A stretch of 32,000 nt of DNA from Candidatus Uzinura diaspidicola str. ASNER (GTDB taxonomy: Bacteria > Bacteroidota > Bacteroidia > Flavobacteriales > Blattabacteriaceae), in NCBI GenBank assembly GCA_000331975.1, contig CP003263.1, positions 231,432-263,431 of the forward strand, read 5' to 3'. This document shows positions 17,303-25,298 of this stretch, one piece after another. The notes beneath the pieces were generated by a model, which was not told where the DNA came from, did not search any database, and worked only from the letters and a program-made list of their open reading frames with translations. Positions within the stretch are counted from its first letter, which is position 1, and each line of letters starts with the position of its first letter. The position numbers were made by a program, and so were the translations under genes.

Positions 17303-17375
17303 TAGCCGATAGGAGAATCGAACTCCTATTTTCAGGACGAAAACCTGATGTCCTTGCCATTAGACGAATGGGCCA
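17303..17375 (-). tRNA. tRNA-Glu (anticodon UUC)
   Basis: The reverse complement is GGCCCATTCGTCTAATGGCAAGGACATCAGGTTTTCGTCCTGAAAATAGGAGTTCGATTCTCCTATCGGCTA. Anticodon stem TCAGG/CCTGA with loop TTTTCGT, T arm AGGAG-TTCGATT-CTCCT. The acceptor stem has a G1-U72 wobble and a C5-C68 mismatch. CCA is not encoded. Confidence 0.85.
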
Positions 17376-17649
17376 ATAAAGAAACTATAGTTTGAGCCAT
17401 CTTACTTTTTAGATTGGACGCTTTATTTTTATGAATGATTTTTTTCTTTGCTAGCTTATCAAATTTTGATATTAAGACTCTATACTGAGTCTGAAGTGAT
17501 TCTTCAAATTTTCCTTTTTGGATAGCAATTGTAATAGCATTTCTAAGTTTCTTAGCAATTGTCCTTGCACTTTTGTATTTATAGCGGTTTCGTACTTGAT
17601 TGCTTTTATTTTTACGGATACTTTTTATTGCTGACGTATGATTTGCCAT
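17332..17649 (-). CDS. rpsT: 30S ribosomal protein S20 with a C-terminal extension reading into tRNA-Glu
   Basis: MANHTSAIKSIRKNKSNQVRNRYKYKS...KKKIIHKNKASNLKSKMAQ is typical S20. The ORF continues for 105 aa, and its TGA stop (17332-17334) lies inside the tRNA-Glu anticodon stem. Confidence 0.88.
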   Translation of the reverse strand: MANHTSAIKSIRKNKSNQVRNRYKYKSARTIAKKLRNAITIAIQKGKFEESLQTQYRVLISKFDKLAKKKIIHKNKASNLKSKMAQTIVSLLAHSSNGKDIRFSS

Positions 17650-17701
17650 AACTATATCCTATATACTAAATATAAGTAAAGAAAGTGTGAAAAAAAGTCA
17701 T

Positions 17702-18949
17702 CTATAATTCTCTTATAGAGAGTCCTAATTTTTTAAGATCTTTCCAAAAAGGAGGATAGGATTTTTTTACTACATCATGATTATGGATAATCAGTTGTTT
17801 ATGTAGACCTAATGAAGAAAAGGCCATTGCCATACGATGATCTTGATAGGTATCAATAAAAATTGGTTCTTGTATATATTCTTTAAAATGAATAATTTCT
17901 AAAGAATTTTCACTATGTTTTACACAGGCTCCTACTTTTTCTAATTCAATTCGCATAGATTTTAAACGATCAGTTTCTTTAACTTTCAAAGTTTCTAATC
18001 CTATTAGGAGACATTTAGTCTTTAAACCAGTACAAGTTATCGCTAATGTCTGAGCAATGTCAGGACATTTATTTAAATTAAACTCTAAATTATCAGATAC
18101 TTTAGGTAAAGTATTTTTTTTTAAACTAAACCCATTTTTGTAAAAAATTGTCAGGACACCGAAATTATGATAATAAATATCTATCAAAGCCCTGTCTCCC
18201 TGAATACTTTTTTTATTGTTGTATTTACTAAGATAAATATTAGCCTGTTCGGATATAGCAGCCAAAGAATAATAATAAGAAGCAGAACTCCAGTCAGACT
18301 CAGTAAAACAATTTCTTATAGAGATTTTTTTATATTCATGGAGAACAGAAATTTTATTGTATTTCCAATAAACATATATCCCTATTTTACGCAACATTGC
18401 AACCGTCATAGAAATATAAGGTTCAGAGGTAATCTTCTTGGAAAGATTAAGTTCCAATCCGTTTTCAGTAGAAAAACTTATCAATAATAATGCACTAACA
18501 AACTGACTGCTTATATCAGAAAGTATTAATATACTTCCACCTTTAATTCTTTGACCATAAACTTTTATAGGAGGATACTTATTCTCTTTTATATATTCTA
18601 TATGTGCTCCAAGTTTTGTTAGTGCTTCTATCAGAATTCCTATAGGACGATTATGCATGCGTTTTGATCCCTTCAGGAAAAACATTTTACTATTTTGTAT
18701 AGTACAATAAGCTGTAAAAAACCGCATAGCGGTACCAGCATGATCAACATCTATCAGCCAATTATTATTTAAAATTACACTATTCAATATATGTGTGTCT
18801 TCTGAATCGGAAAGATTTCCAATACTATAAATATGGTATGGGAAAATAGCTCTAAATATTAATAATCTGTTTGATTCACTCTTAGAGCCTCCTATACGAA
18901 CAGCTCCGTTGATAACGGAGCTGTTTTTTTTAAGTTCAATAGATTTCAT
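17702..18949 (-). CDS. aroA: 3-phosphoshikimate 1-carboxyvinyltransferase (EPSP synthase)
   Basis: 415 aa with GGSKSESNRLLI, HAGTAMRFFTAY, RMHNRPIG, KETDRL and QDHRMAMAF. Confidence 0.92.
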   Translation of the reverse strand: MKSIELKKNSSVINGAVRIGGSKSESNRLLIFRAIFPYHIYSIGNLSDSEDTHILNSVILNNNWLIDVDHAGTAMRFFTAYCTIQNSKMFFLKGSKRMHNRPIGILIEALTKLGAHIEYIKENKYPPIKVYGQRIKGGSILILSDISSQFVSALLLISFSTENGLELNLSKKITSEPYISMTVAMLRKIGIYVYWKYNKISVLHEYKKISIRNCFTESDWSSASYYYSLAAISEQANIYLSKYNNKKSIQGDRALIDIYYHNFGVLTIFYKNGFSLKKNTLPKVSDNLEFNLNKCPDIAQTLAITCTGLKTKCLLIGLETLKVKETDRLKSMRIELEKVGACVKHSENSLEIIHFKEYIQEPIFIDTYQDHRMAMAFSSLGLHKQLIIHNHDVVKKSYPPFWKDLKKLGLSIREL

Positions 18950-19011
18950 TTTAGTTTTCGGTATATCATTAACCTATGAACTTATTTTTTAGCTGTACAT
19001 ATCAATTCTTT

Positions 19012-19019
19012 CAAAGATA
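19012..19019 (-). promoter_or_regulatory. candidate -7 promoter box (TATCTTTG) for aroA
   Basis: The reverse complement reads TATCTTTG, about 62 nt upstream of the aroA ATG and back-to-back with the pfkB-side box. Confidence 0.25.
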
Positions 19020-19023
19020 TAGT

Positions 19024-19031
19024 TATTTTTG
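19024..19031 (+). promoter_or_regulatory. candidate -7 promoter box (TATTTTTG) for the PfkB-family kinase
   Basis: It matches TAnnTTTG, with 12 nt between the box and the ATG at 19044. Confidence 0.3.
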
Positions 19032-19043
19032 TAGATTAAATAA

Positions 19044-19943
19044 ATGGAGAAATCGATAAAAAAAATAGTTTGCTATGGAGAGGTGTTATGGGACTTACTT
19101 CCTTCTGGCTTAAAACCAGGAGGAGCTCCTTTAAATGTCGCCTATCACTTAAAAAAACTGGGTGTTAAAAGTTCTATAATAAGTAGTGTAGGGGATGATA
19201 TTTTAGGAGAAGAACTACTAAAAATCATAAAAAAATGGGGCGTAGATTCTACTTTCTGTAGAAAAGATAATAATTTTCCAACAGGAAAAGTTCTAGCAAA
19301 AGAAGACACTCTATTTCAAGAAGTTAGTTATGAAATTATGGAGCCTGTTGCTTGGGATTTTATAGTGGTAGAAAAAGATCATTCAAAGATTATAAATAAT
19401 ACAGATGCTTTTGTTTTTCAAAGTTTGACCGCTAGAAATGAAATCTCTAGGAAAACTTTACATGCTTTACTTGAATATAGCTATTACAAAATATTTGATG
19501 TAAATCTTCGACCACCATTTTATTCAGAAAATATCATAAAAGAACTTCTAGAAAAATCTGATCTTGTCAAAATGAGTGTTTCTGAACTTTATGAAATTGT
19601 TTCATGGTTTAAAAAAGGTAAAATTTCGGAAGAAGAGGCAGTGTGTTTTTTAAAAGAGTGTTTTAATTTGAAAGAATTATTAATTACTAAGGGTAGTTAT
19701 GGTGCAAGTTATTATGGAATTGATAATCTATACGAAAGATTCGCAATTCCTATCATTATGTCTGATCCAATAGGAAGCGGAGATGCATTTTTAGCAGGGT
19801 TTTTAGCTAAAAAAATAAATGGAAAATCTATAGAAGAAGCTTTAGAGTCAGCAATATCATTAGGTGCTTTTGTTGCTTCAAAAGAAGGATCCTGCCCTTA
19901 TTATGACATGGACCCTTCTAAAGAATTTGCCCAACTCCTATAA
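19044..19943 (+). CDS. PfkB-family carbohydrate kinase (fructokinase-like)
   Basis: 299 aa with CYGEVLWDLLPSGLKPGGAPLNVAYHLKKLG at the N-terminus and DPIGSGDAFLAGFL (compare the DTxGAGD anion-hole motif) near the C-terminus. Confidence 0.85.
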   Translation: MEKSIKKIVCYGEVLWDLLPSGLKPGGAPLNVAYHLKKLGVKSSIISSVGDDILGEELLKIIKKWGVDSTFCRKDNNFPTGKVLAKEDTLFQEVSYEIMEPVAWDFIVVEKDHSKIINNTDAFVFQSLTARNEISRKTLHALLEYSYYKIFDVNLRPPFYSENIIKELLEKSDLVKMSVSELYEIVSWFKKGKISEEEAVCFLKECFNLKELLITKGSYGASYYGIDNLYERFAIPIIMSDPIGSGDAFLAGFLAKKINGKSIEEALESAISLGAFVASKEGSCPYYDMDPSKEFAQLL

Positions 19944-19991
19944 ATAACGCATATAAAAGAGTATAAAAAGACATTTTTTTTTAGCTCATTA

Positions 19992-20294
19992 TCAAATGTA
20001 GAAATATAGGAAATAGCAAAACGTAAATTTAGCCCCTTGCCCAAAAAAGCCCCATTTTAACAACAATAGTATTTTTCTTTTATCTAACATGCTCAAAAGA
20101 CCTATAGATACAGAGAGAAAAAGCATATCCCATTGAAAATGATGTGGAACCCAAAAAAATAAAAACATAGATATCCCCAGCACCTTTATAACCATAAGCA
20201 TTTTTCCTATTGTATATTTAATAGCTGATTGTTGAGAAAAGACAAAATATTGTAATTGGTCTTGTAAAAAATTGAATTCCTTGAAACATTACCC
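19992..20294 (-). other. hydrophobic ORF fragment: either a small membrane protein or a gene remnant
   Basis: The tracked 69-aa ORF (19992-20201) is open upstream to 20294 without an ATG (CFKEFNFLQDQLQYFVFSQQSAIKYTIGK-MLMVIKVLGISMFLFFWVPHHFQW...). A further hydrophobic fragment in another frame lies at 20370-20487. I recognise no family. Confidence 0.25.
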
Positions 20295-20487
20295 ATAGCT
20301 GTAAATAAACATATTATAGATAATCTTATTATAGCGGATCTTATATAATAGTACGATATACGCTCTGATTTTATATATTGTATAGATCGTATTGGTCCTG
20401 TTCGGTAGATTGTATTTGCAAAAGTAATGCCTGAAAAAACACAAGGCTCCTGATAAAGACAAAGGTAAAGTCCTTAAACGAGGCCTT

Positions 20488-22011
20488 TTATTGGATAAGT
20501 TTTTGAAAATCCATTTTCTCTTCCAAAAAATAGGTTATCTTATTTATAGATAAGCGCTCCTGTCTCATACTATCTCTATGACGAACAGTAATAGTATAAT
20601 CTCGTTGACTTTGATAGTCAACAGTAAAACAAAAAGGTGTCCCTATAGCATCTTGCCTTCTATATCTCTTTCCTATAGATTCATTTGCCTCATAAATCAC
20701 CATATATTTACATTTAAGTTCATTAAATATTTTTTCTGCTAATTCAGCCAACCCATCTTTTTTAACTAAAGGGAAAATGGCTGCCTTTATTGGAGCAAGG
20801 GCGATAGGGAATTTTAACACGCTTCTAAAATTTCCTTTGGAAAATTCTTCTTCTTTAAGTGACGAAGAAAATAAGCCCAAAAACATACGATCCAACCCTA
20901 TAGATGTTTCTATAACATAGGGAGTATAATGTTGATGACGATTGTAATCAAAAAACTGCAATTTTTTACCTGAATATTTCTGATGATTTTTTAAATCGAA
21001 ATCTGTTCGAGAATGAATCCCTTCGATTTCTTTAAATCCAAAGGGGAAAAGATATTCTATATCAGTAGCTGCACTAGCATAGTGCGCTAACTTATCGTGA
21101 TCATGAAATCTGTAAAAATGGGGTTCTATTGTCAGAGAGAGATGCCATTTAAAACGAGTATGTTTCCAATATTCATACCACTCTCTCTCTTTAGAGGGGG
21201 CTACAAAGAATTGCATTTCCATTTGTTCAAATTCCCGCATTCTAAAAATGAATTGACGAGCAATAATCTCATTACGAAATGCCTTACCTATTTGTGCAAT
21301 GCCAAATGGTATTTTCATTAGTGTACTGTTAGAAACATTGGAAAAATTTACAAAACTTCCTTGGGCAGTTTCTGGACGTAAATAAAGTTCTAATGTCTTA
21401 TGTCTAAGTGGACCAAAATTTGTTTTAAACATGAGATTAAACTCCCTAACATCTGTCCAACTTTTTGATCCACTTTCAGTATCTCTAATTTCCAGTTCTT
21501 CTATAATATTACGAATATCATTTAGGGTTTTATTATCTATGGCTAGTGCCAAACGCTTTATAATCCTTTCCTTTTGTTTTTTTAATTCAGTTATTTTAGG
21601 TGAAGTAATAAAACAAATATGCTCATCAAACTTTTCACCTAAAATATTTCTAGCTTTCTCAACTGTTTTATGAATTTTATATTCTATTCTATCACAATAC
21701 TCTTCAACCAGTAGATCTGCTCTATAACGACGACGACTATCTTTATTATCTATCAATGGATCATTAAAAGCCTCTATATGACCTGAGGCTTTCCATACAG
21801 TTGGATGCATAAGAATAGAAGTATCGATTCCAACAATGTTCCTATGTAACTGTATCATAGATTTCCACCAGAAGTCTTTGATATTATTTTTCAATAATAT
21901 GCCATAAGGTCCATAATCGTAAATAGCGCTAATACCATCGTAAATATCACAGGATGGAAAAATAAACCCATATAATTTAGCGTGTGAAATTAAAAAATGA
22001 AAGTTATTCAT
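20488..22011 (-). CDS. glyQS: glycyl-tRNA synthetase (single-chain alpha2 type)
   Basis: 507 aa with YGFIFPSCDIYDGISAIYDYGPYG, LRPETAQG and FRNEIIARQFIFRMREFEQMEMQFF. Confidence 0.95.
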   Translation of the reverse strand: MNNFHFLISHAKLYGFIFPSCDIYDGISAIYDYGPYGILLKNNIKDFWWKSMIQLHRNIVGIDTSILMHPTVWKASGHIEAFNDPLIDNKDSRRRYRADLLVEEYCDRIEYKIHKTVEKARNILGEKFDEHICFITSPKITELKKQKERIIKRLALAIDNKTLNDIRNIIEELEIRDTESGSKSWTDVREFNLMFKTNFGPLRHKTLELYLRPETAQGSFVNFSNVSNSTLMKIPFGIAQIGKAFRNEIIARQFIFRMREFEQMEMQFFVAPSKEREWYEYWKHTRFKWHLSLTIEPHFYRFHDHDKLAHYASAATDIEYLFPFGFKEIEGIHSRTDFDLKNHQKYSGKKLQFFDYNRHQHYTPYVIETSIGLDRMFLGLFSSSLKEEEFSKGNFRSVLKFPIALAPIKAAIFPLVKKDGLAELAEKIFNELKCKYMVIYEANESIGKRYRRQDAIGTPFCFTVDYQSQRDYTITVRHRDSMRQERLSINKITYFLEEKMDFQKLIQ

Positions 22012-22035
22012 CCCTACGCAATTATGTTAATCTGC

Positions 22036-22479
22036 CTATCCAACCAATTCAAAAGGAAATTCTAATTCTAATCTTCTATGTAAGAATATTTTTACTTTGT
22101 GCTTCCCTAACTTTTTTATATTATTTCCAGGAATAATAATAAACTTCTTTTCTATGTGTATGTGTTTCTCCTTAAGGGCTTCAGAAATTACTTGATTATT
22201 TACTGACCCAAATATTTTTCCTTTTTCACCTGCTTTTACTGATATTTTAATATTAATAGATTTCAGCGAATTTACAGTTTCCTTAGCTTTTTTTAGTAAT
22301 ACCTCTTCTTTTTTAGACCGTTGTCTTAGTGTCTCTTGCAGTTGCTTCTTTTCTGAAGTTGTAGCAAGAACAGCATATCCTTTAGGAATCAGATAATTTC
22401 TAGCAAAACCAGGTTTCACTTTTATTTCTTCGTATTGAAATCCTATTTTTTCAATATCTGTTTTTAAAATAACTTGCAT
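22036..22479 (-). CDS. rplI: 50S ribosomal protein L9
   Basis: MQVILKTDIEKIGFQYEEIKVKPGFARNYLIPKGYA is canonical L9. It is the last gene of the rpsF-rpsR-rplI cluster. Confidence 0.93.
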   Translation of the reverse strand: MQVILKTDIEKIGFQYEEIKVKPGFARNYLIPKGYAVLATTSEKKQLQETLRQRSKKEEVLLKKAKETVNSLKSINIKISVKAGEKGKIFGSVNNQVISEALKEKHIHIEKKFIIIPGNNIKKLGKHKVKIFLHRRLELEFPFELVG

Positions 22480-22488
22480 AAAATTTTA

Positions 22489-22788
22489 TTATTTCAAATC
22501 ATCTCCTAAAAAGGGAAGAATAGCTAAGTGTCTTGCCCTTTTTACAGCCTTTGCTACCCTCCTCTGATATTTTAGAGATGTACCTGTTATGCAACGAGGT
22601 AAAATTTTACCTTGCATATTAATAAATTTTACTAGGAAAGTAGGATTTTTATAATCTACATATTTTATGCCATATTTCTGGAATAAACAATATTTTTCTC
22701 TAGGTTTATCTTCTATTTTAATGGGAGCTAAGTATCGTATTTCTTCTCCTTGATTAGAATGTTGGAGTAAATCTAAGTCATCTATCAT
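22489..22788 (-). CDS. rpsR: 30S ribosomal protein S18
   Basis: IKYVDYKNPTFLVKFINMQGKILPRCITGTSLKYQRRVAKAVKRARHLAILPF is typical S18. The tracked start overlaps the rpsF stop by 11 nt. Confidence 0.92.
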   Translation of the reverse strand: MIDDLDLLQHSNQGEEIRYLAPIKIEDKPREKYCLFQKYGIKYVDYKNPTFLVKFINMQGKILPRCITGTSLKYQRRVAKAVKRARHLAILPFLGDDLK

Positions 22789-23158
22789 AGTTATCTATTT
22801 TGAAAGATTTTATTTTCTGTATACGATTTTTAGCATAAACCAATGCATACTTATCAAGTTTAACTGTAAGAAAACGAATAACTTTTTCATCTCTTTTGAA
22901 GTTTAGATCAAGATCTGATATTATATTTTTGTTTTTGGAAGCTTTAGTATAGTCTATTTGAAATTGTATTAACTCGTAATAACCAGTAGTTTTGTTATTT
23001 ATAGAATAGGCAAGCTTTTTAAGTCCCCAAGATTCATGGTATTCTACCATGGCATTCTTTTCTTTAAGAAAATTTTGTATTTTTTCTACTGTTTCCTCTA
23101 CCTTAATTTGCGATAGAACGGGTGTTAAAATGAAAACAGTCTCGTAATGTCTTTTCAT
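22778..23158 (-). CDS. rpsF: 30S ribosomal protein S6
   Basis: MKRHYETVFILTPVLS... is typical S6. I use the ATG at 23158; the tracked ORF extends to 23182. Confidence 0.9.
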   Translation of the reverse strand: MKRHYETVFILTPVLSQIKVEETVEKIQNFLKEKNAMVEYHESWGLKKLAYSINNKTTGYYELIQFQIDYTKASKNKNIISDLDLNFKRDEKVIRFLTVKLDKYALVYAKNRIQKIKSFKIDNYDR

Positions 23159-23223
23159 TACTTTAATATACTTATTATACAAAAGTACAAATTTCTCTAA
23201 AACATAAGAAGAAAGATATACCT

Positions 23224-24273
23224 ATGCAAAATATATTTTTTCATTATATTCTATATATGCAAGAAAAAATATTTAGAGAAATTGAAGAAATACGAAAATC
23301 AATACAAAAAATTAATACAAAAGACATAAAAGAAATAGAAGAATTTCACGTAAAATATTTAGGAAAAAAGGGTAAGTTTTCTAAACTTTTTAAAAGTTTT
23401 AGAAAACTATTACCTTACCAAAAAAAACAACTTGGAGAAAGTATCAACCAATTAAAAAAACAAGCCAAAGAAATAAGTTCAAAACTTAAAGAAGAAAAAG
23501 TTACGACCTTCCAAGAAGGAATATTAGAAGACTTTACTAAACCTGGAATATCTTGCATTATTGGAAGAAGACATCCAATATCTACAATGAAACATACTAT
23601 AATAAATCTTTTTGAAGCTATAGGATTTATAACAGTAGAAGGACCAGAAATAGAAGATGATTGGCATAATTTTACTGCCTTAAACTTCCCAGATCATCAT
23701 CCATCTAGAGATATGCAAGACACTTTTTTTATTGAGAAAAATCCCGATCTCTTATTAAGAACTCATACTTCATCTGTTCAAATTCGTTATATGGAAAATC
23801 ATCGTCCTCCTATTAGAATATTATCTCCCGGAAGAGTATATAGGAATGAGGCTATAACAGCACGTTCGCATTGCATGTTTCATCAAATTGAGGGTTTATA
23901 CGTAAACAAGGGCGTTTCTTTTACTAATTTAAAACAAACAATCCATTATTTTATTAATGAACTTTTTGGTAGCGTACGTTATCGTTTTCGTCCTTCGTAT
24001 TTTCCATTTACAGAGCCTAGTGCTGAAGTTGATGTATATTGTGGATTAGAATCTGAAATAGACAGAAGTATTACAAAAGGAACAGGGTGGTTAGAAGTAA
24101 TGGGTTGTGGAATGGTAGATCCACATGTATTACAAAATGTAGACATTGATCCAGAAAATTTTTCTGGATTTGCATTTGGGATTGGTATAGAAAGAATTGC
24201 TCTATTGCTTTATAAAATTGAAGATATTCGCTTTTATTTTGACAACGACATACGTTTTTTAAAGCAATTTTAG
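23224..24273 (+). CDS. pheS: phenylalanyl-tRNA synthetase alpha subunit
   Basis: HPSRDMQDTFF, LRTHTSSVQIR, FRPSYFPFTEPSAEVDV and GFAFGIGIERIA. The start may be the ATG at 23257. The 3' end overlaps the convergent methyltransferase gene by 4 nt. Confidence 0.94.
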   Translation: MQNIFFHYILYMQEKIFREIEEIRKSIQKINTKDIKEIEEFHVKYLGKKGKFSKLFKSFRKLLPYQKKQLGESINQLKKQAKEISSKLKEEKVTTFQEGILEDFTKPGISCIIGRRHPISTMKHTIINLFEAIGFITVEGPEIEDDWHNFTALNFPDHHPSRDMQDTFFIEKNPDLLLRTHTSSVQIRYMENHRPPIRILSPGRVYRNEAITARSHCMFHQIEGLYVNKGVSFTNLKQTIHYFINELFGSVRYRFRPSYFPFTEPSAEVDVYCGLESEIDRSITKGTGWLEVMGCGMVDPHVLQNVDIDPENFSGFAFGIGIERIALLLYKIEDIRFYFDNDIRFLKQF

Positions 24274-25016
24274 GTAATTTTAGCATATCTTCTTCGTATC
24301 ACCTCATAAATTAAAACCCCACAAACTACTGAAACGTTCATAGAAGAAATTTTTCCAACCATTGGTAGCTTTACTTGTTTCTCTGTAAGAGAAAGATAAG
24401 AAGAATCTAGACCAGATTGCTCATTTCCTATCAAAATAGCTATAGGTAGAGAAAAATCTACTTCATAAAAAGTAGTAAAGGCTTTTTCCTCGGCAGCTAC
24501 TAGTTGTATACCATAATTTTTTAAAATTAGTAAACTCTTATAAAGATTATATTCTTTACAGATAGGGAGTTTTAAAATAGCCCCAGAAGATGCTTTAATA
24601 GCATCTGAATTAATAAGTGTTGACCCATTTTGAGGTATAAGTATAGCATCTACGCCTCCACATTCGGCAGTACGGACAATTGAACCAAAATTTCTTACAT
24701 CAGTAATTCTGTCTAATACTAATAATAAGGGATTTTTACCCCTTTCATATAGTATTGGTATGAGATCATCTATCTTATGAAATTCAATAGGAGATATAAA
24801 AGCAAATACGCCTTGATGATTTTTTAAGGTAAGACAACGTAATTTTTCTCTTGGAACCCATTTAAATGGGATTTTATATTTTTTTATTGTTTCTTGAATA
24901 CGCTTATAATTTACACCATGTAACCCTTTTTGAAGATAGATTTTATCTATACTCTTACCTGAATCAATGGCCTCGATAACAGGATGAATTCCATATATAT
25001 AATTTTGGGGGTACAA
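24270..25016 (-). CDS. rlmB: SpoU/TrmH-family rRNA 2'-O-methyltransferase (RlmB-like)
   Basis: 248 aa with an N-terminal IYGIHPVIEAI substrate-binding domain and SpoU motifs (LDRITDVRNFGSIVRTAECGG, LIGNEQSGL, SMNVSV). Confidence 0.85.
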   Translation of the reverse strand: MYPQNYIYGIHPVIEAIDSGKSIDKIYLQKGLHGVNYKRIQETIKKYKIPFKWVPREKLRCLTLKNHQGVFAFISPIEFHKIDDLIPILYERGKNPLLLVLDRITDVRNFGSIVRTAECGGVDAILIPQNGSTLINSDAIKASSGAILKLPICKEYNLYKSLLILKNYGIQLVAAEEKAFTTFYEVDFSLPIAILIGNEQSGLDSSYLSLTEKQVKLPMVGKISSMNVSVVCGVLIYEVIRRRYAKIT

Positions 25017-25062
25017 TAGACGTAAATATAGTAGCTTTTAACCTAATGCCTATAATTGGAGA

Positions 25063-25078
25063 ATGACCTTAAGGTCAT
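25063..25078. repeat. 16-bp perfect palindrome ATGACCTTAAGGTCAT
   Basis: Read directly; the sequence is its own reverse complement. It lies in the 282-bp spacer between the mutL stop and the rlmB-like start. Confidence 0.9.
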
Positions 25079-25298
25079 AAGGATAGATGATAATCCTGCG
25101 GTGACTTCCAGAAGAAAAATAAAGAAAAGTAATATGAAAAAAAATATTGAAAGAGAATGGATAAATTACTATAGTAAATAAACTGCAAAAAATTAAAAAA
25201 AGTATCAAAAGGATTATAAAGTGCTAGTAAAGTATCCAGATCCTATTCCCATACCAACATATATTATTATATTAATGCTGATGATATGTTAGACTATA

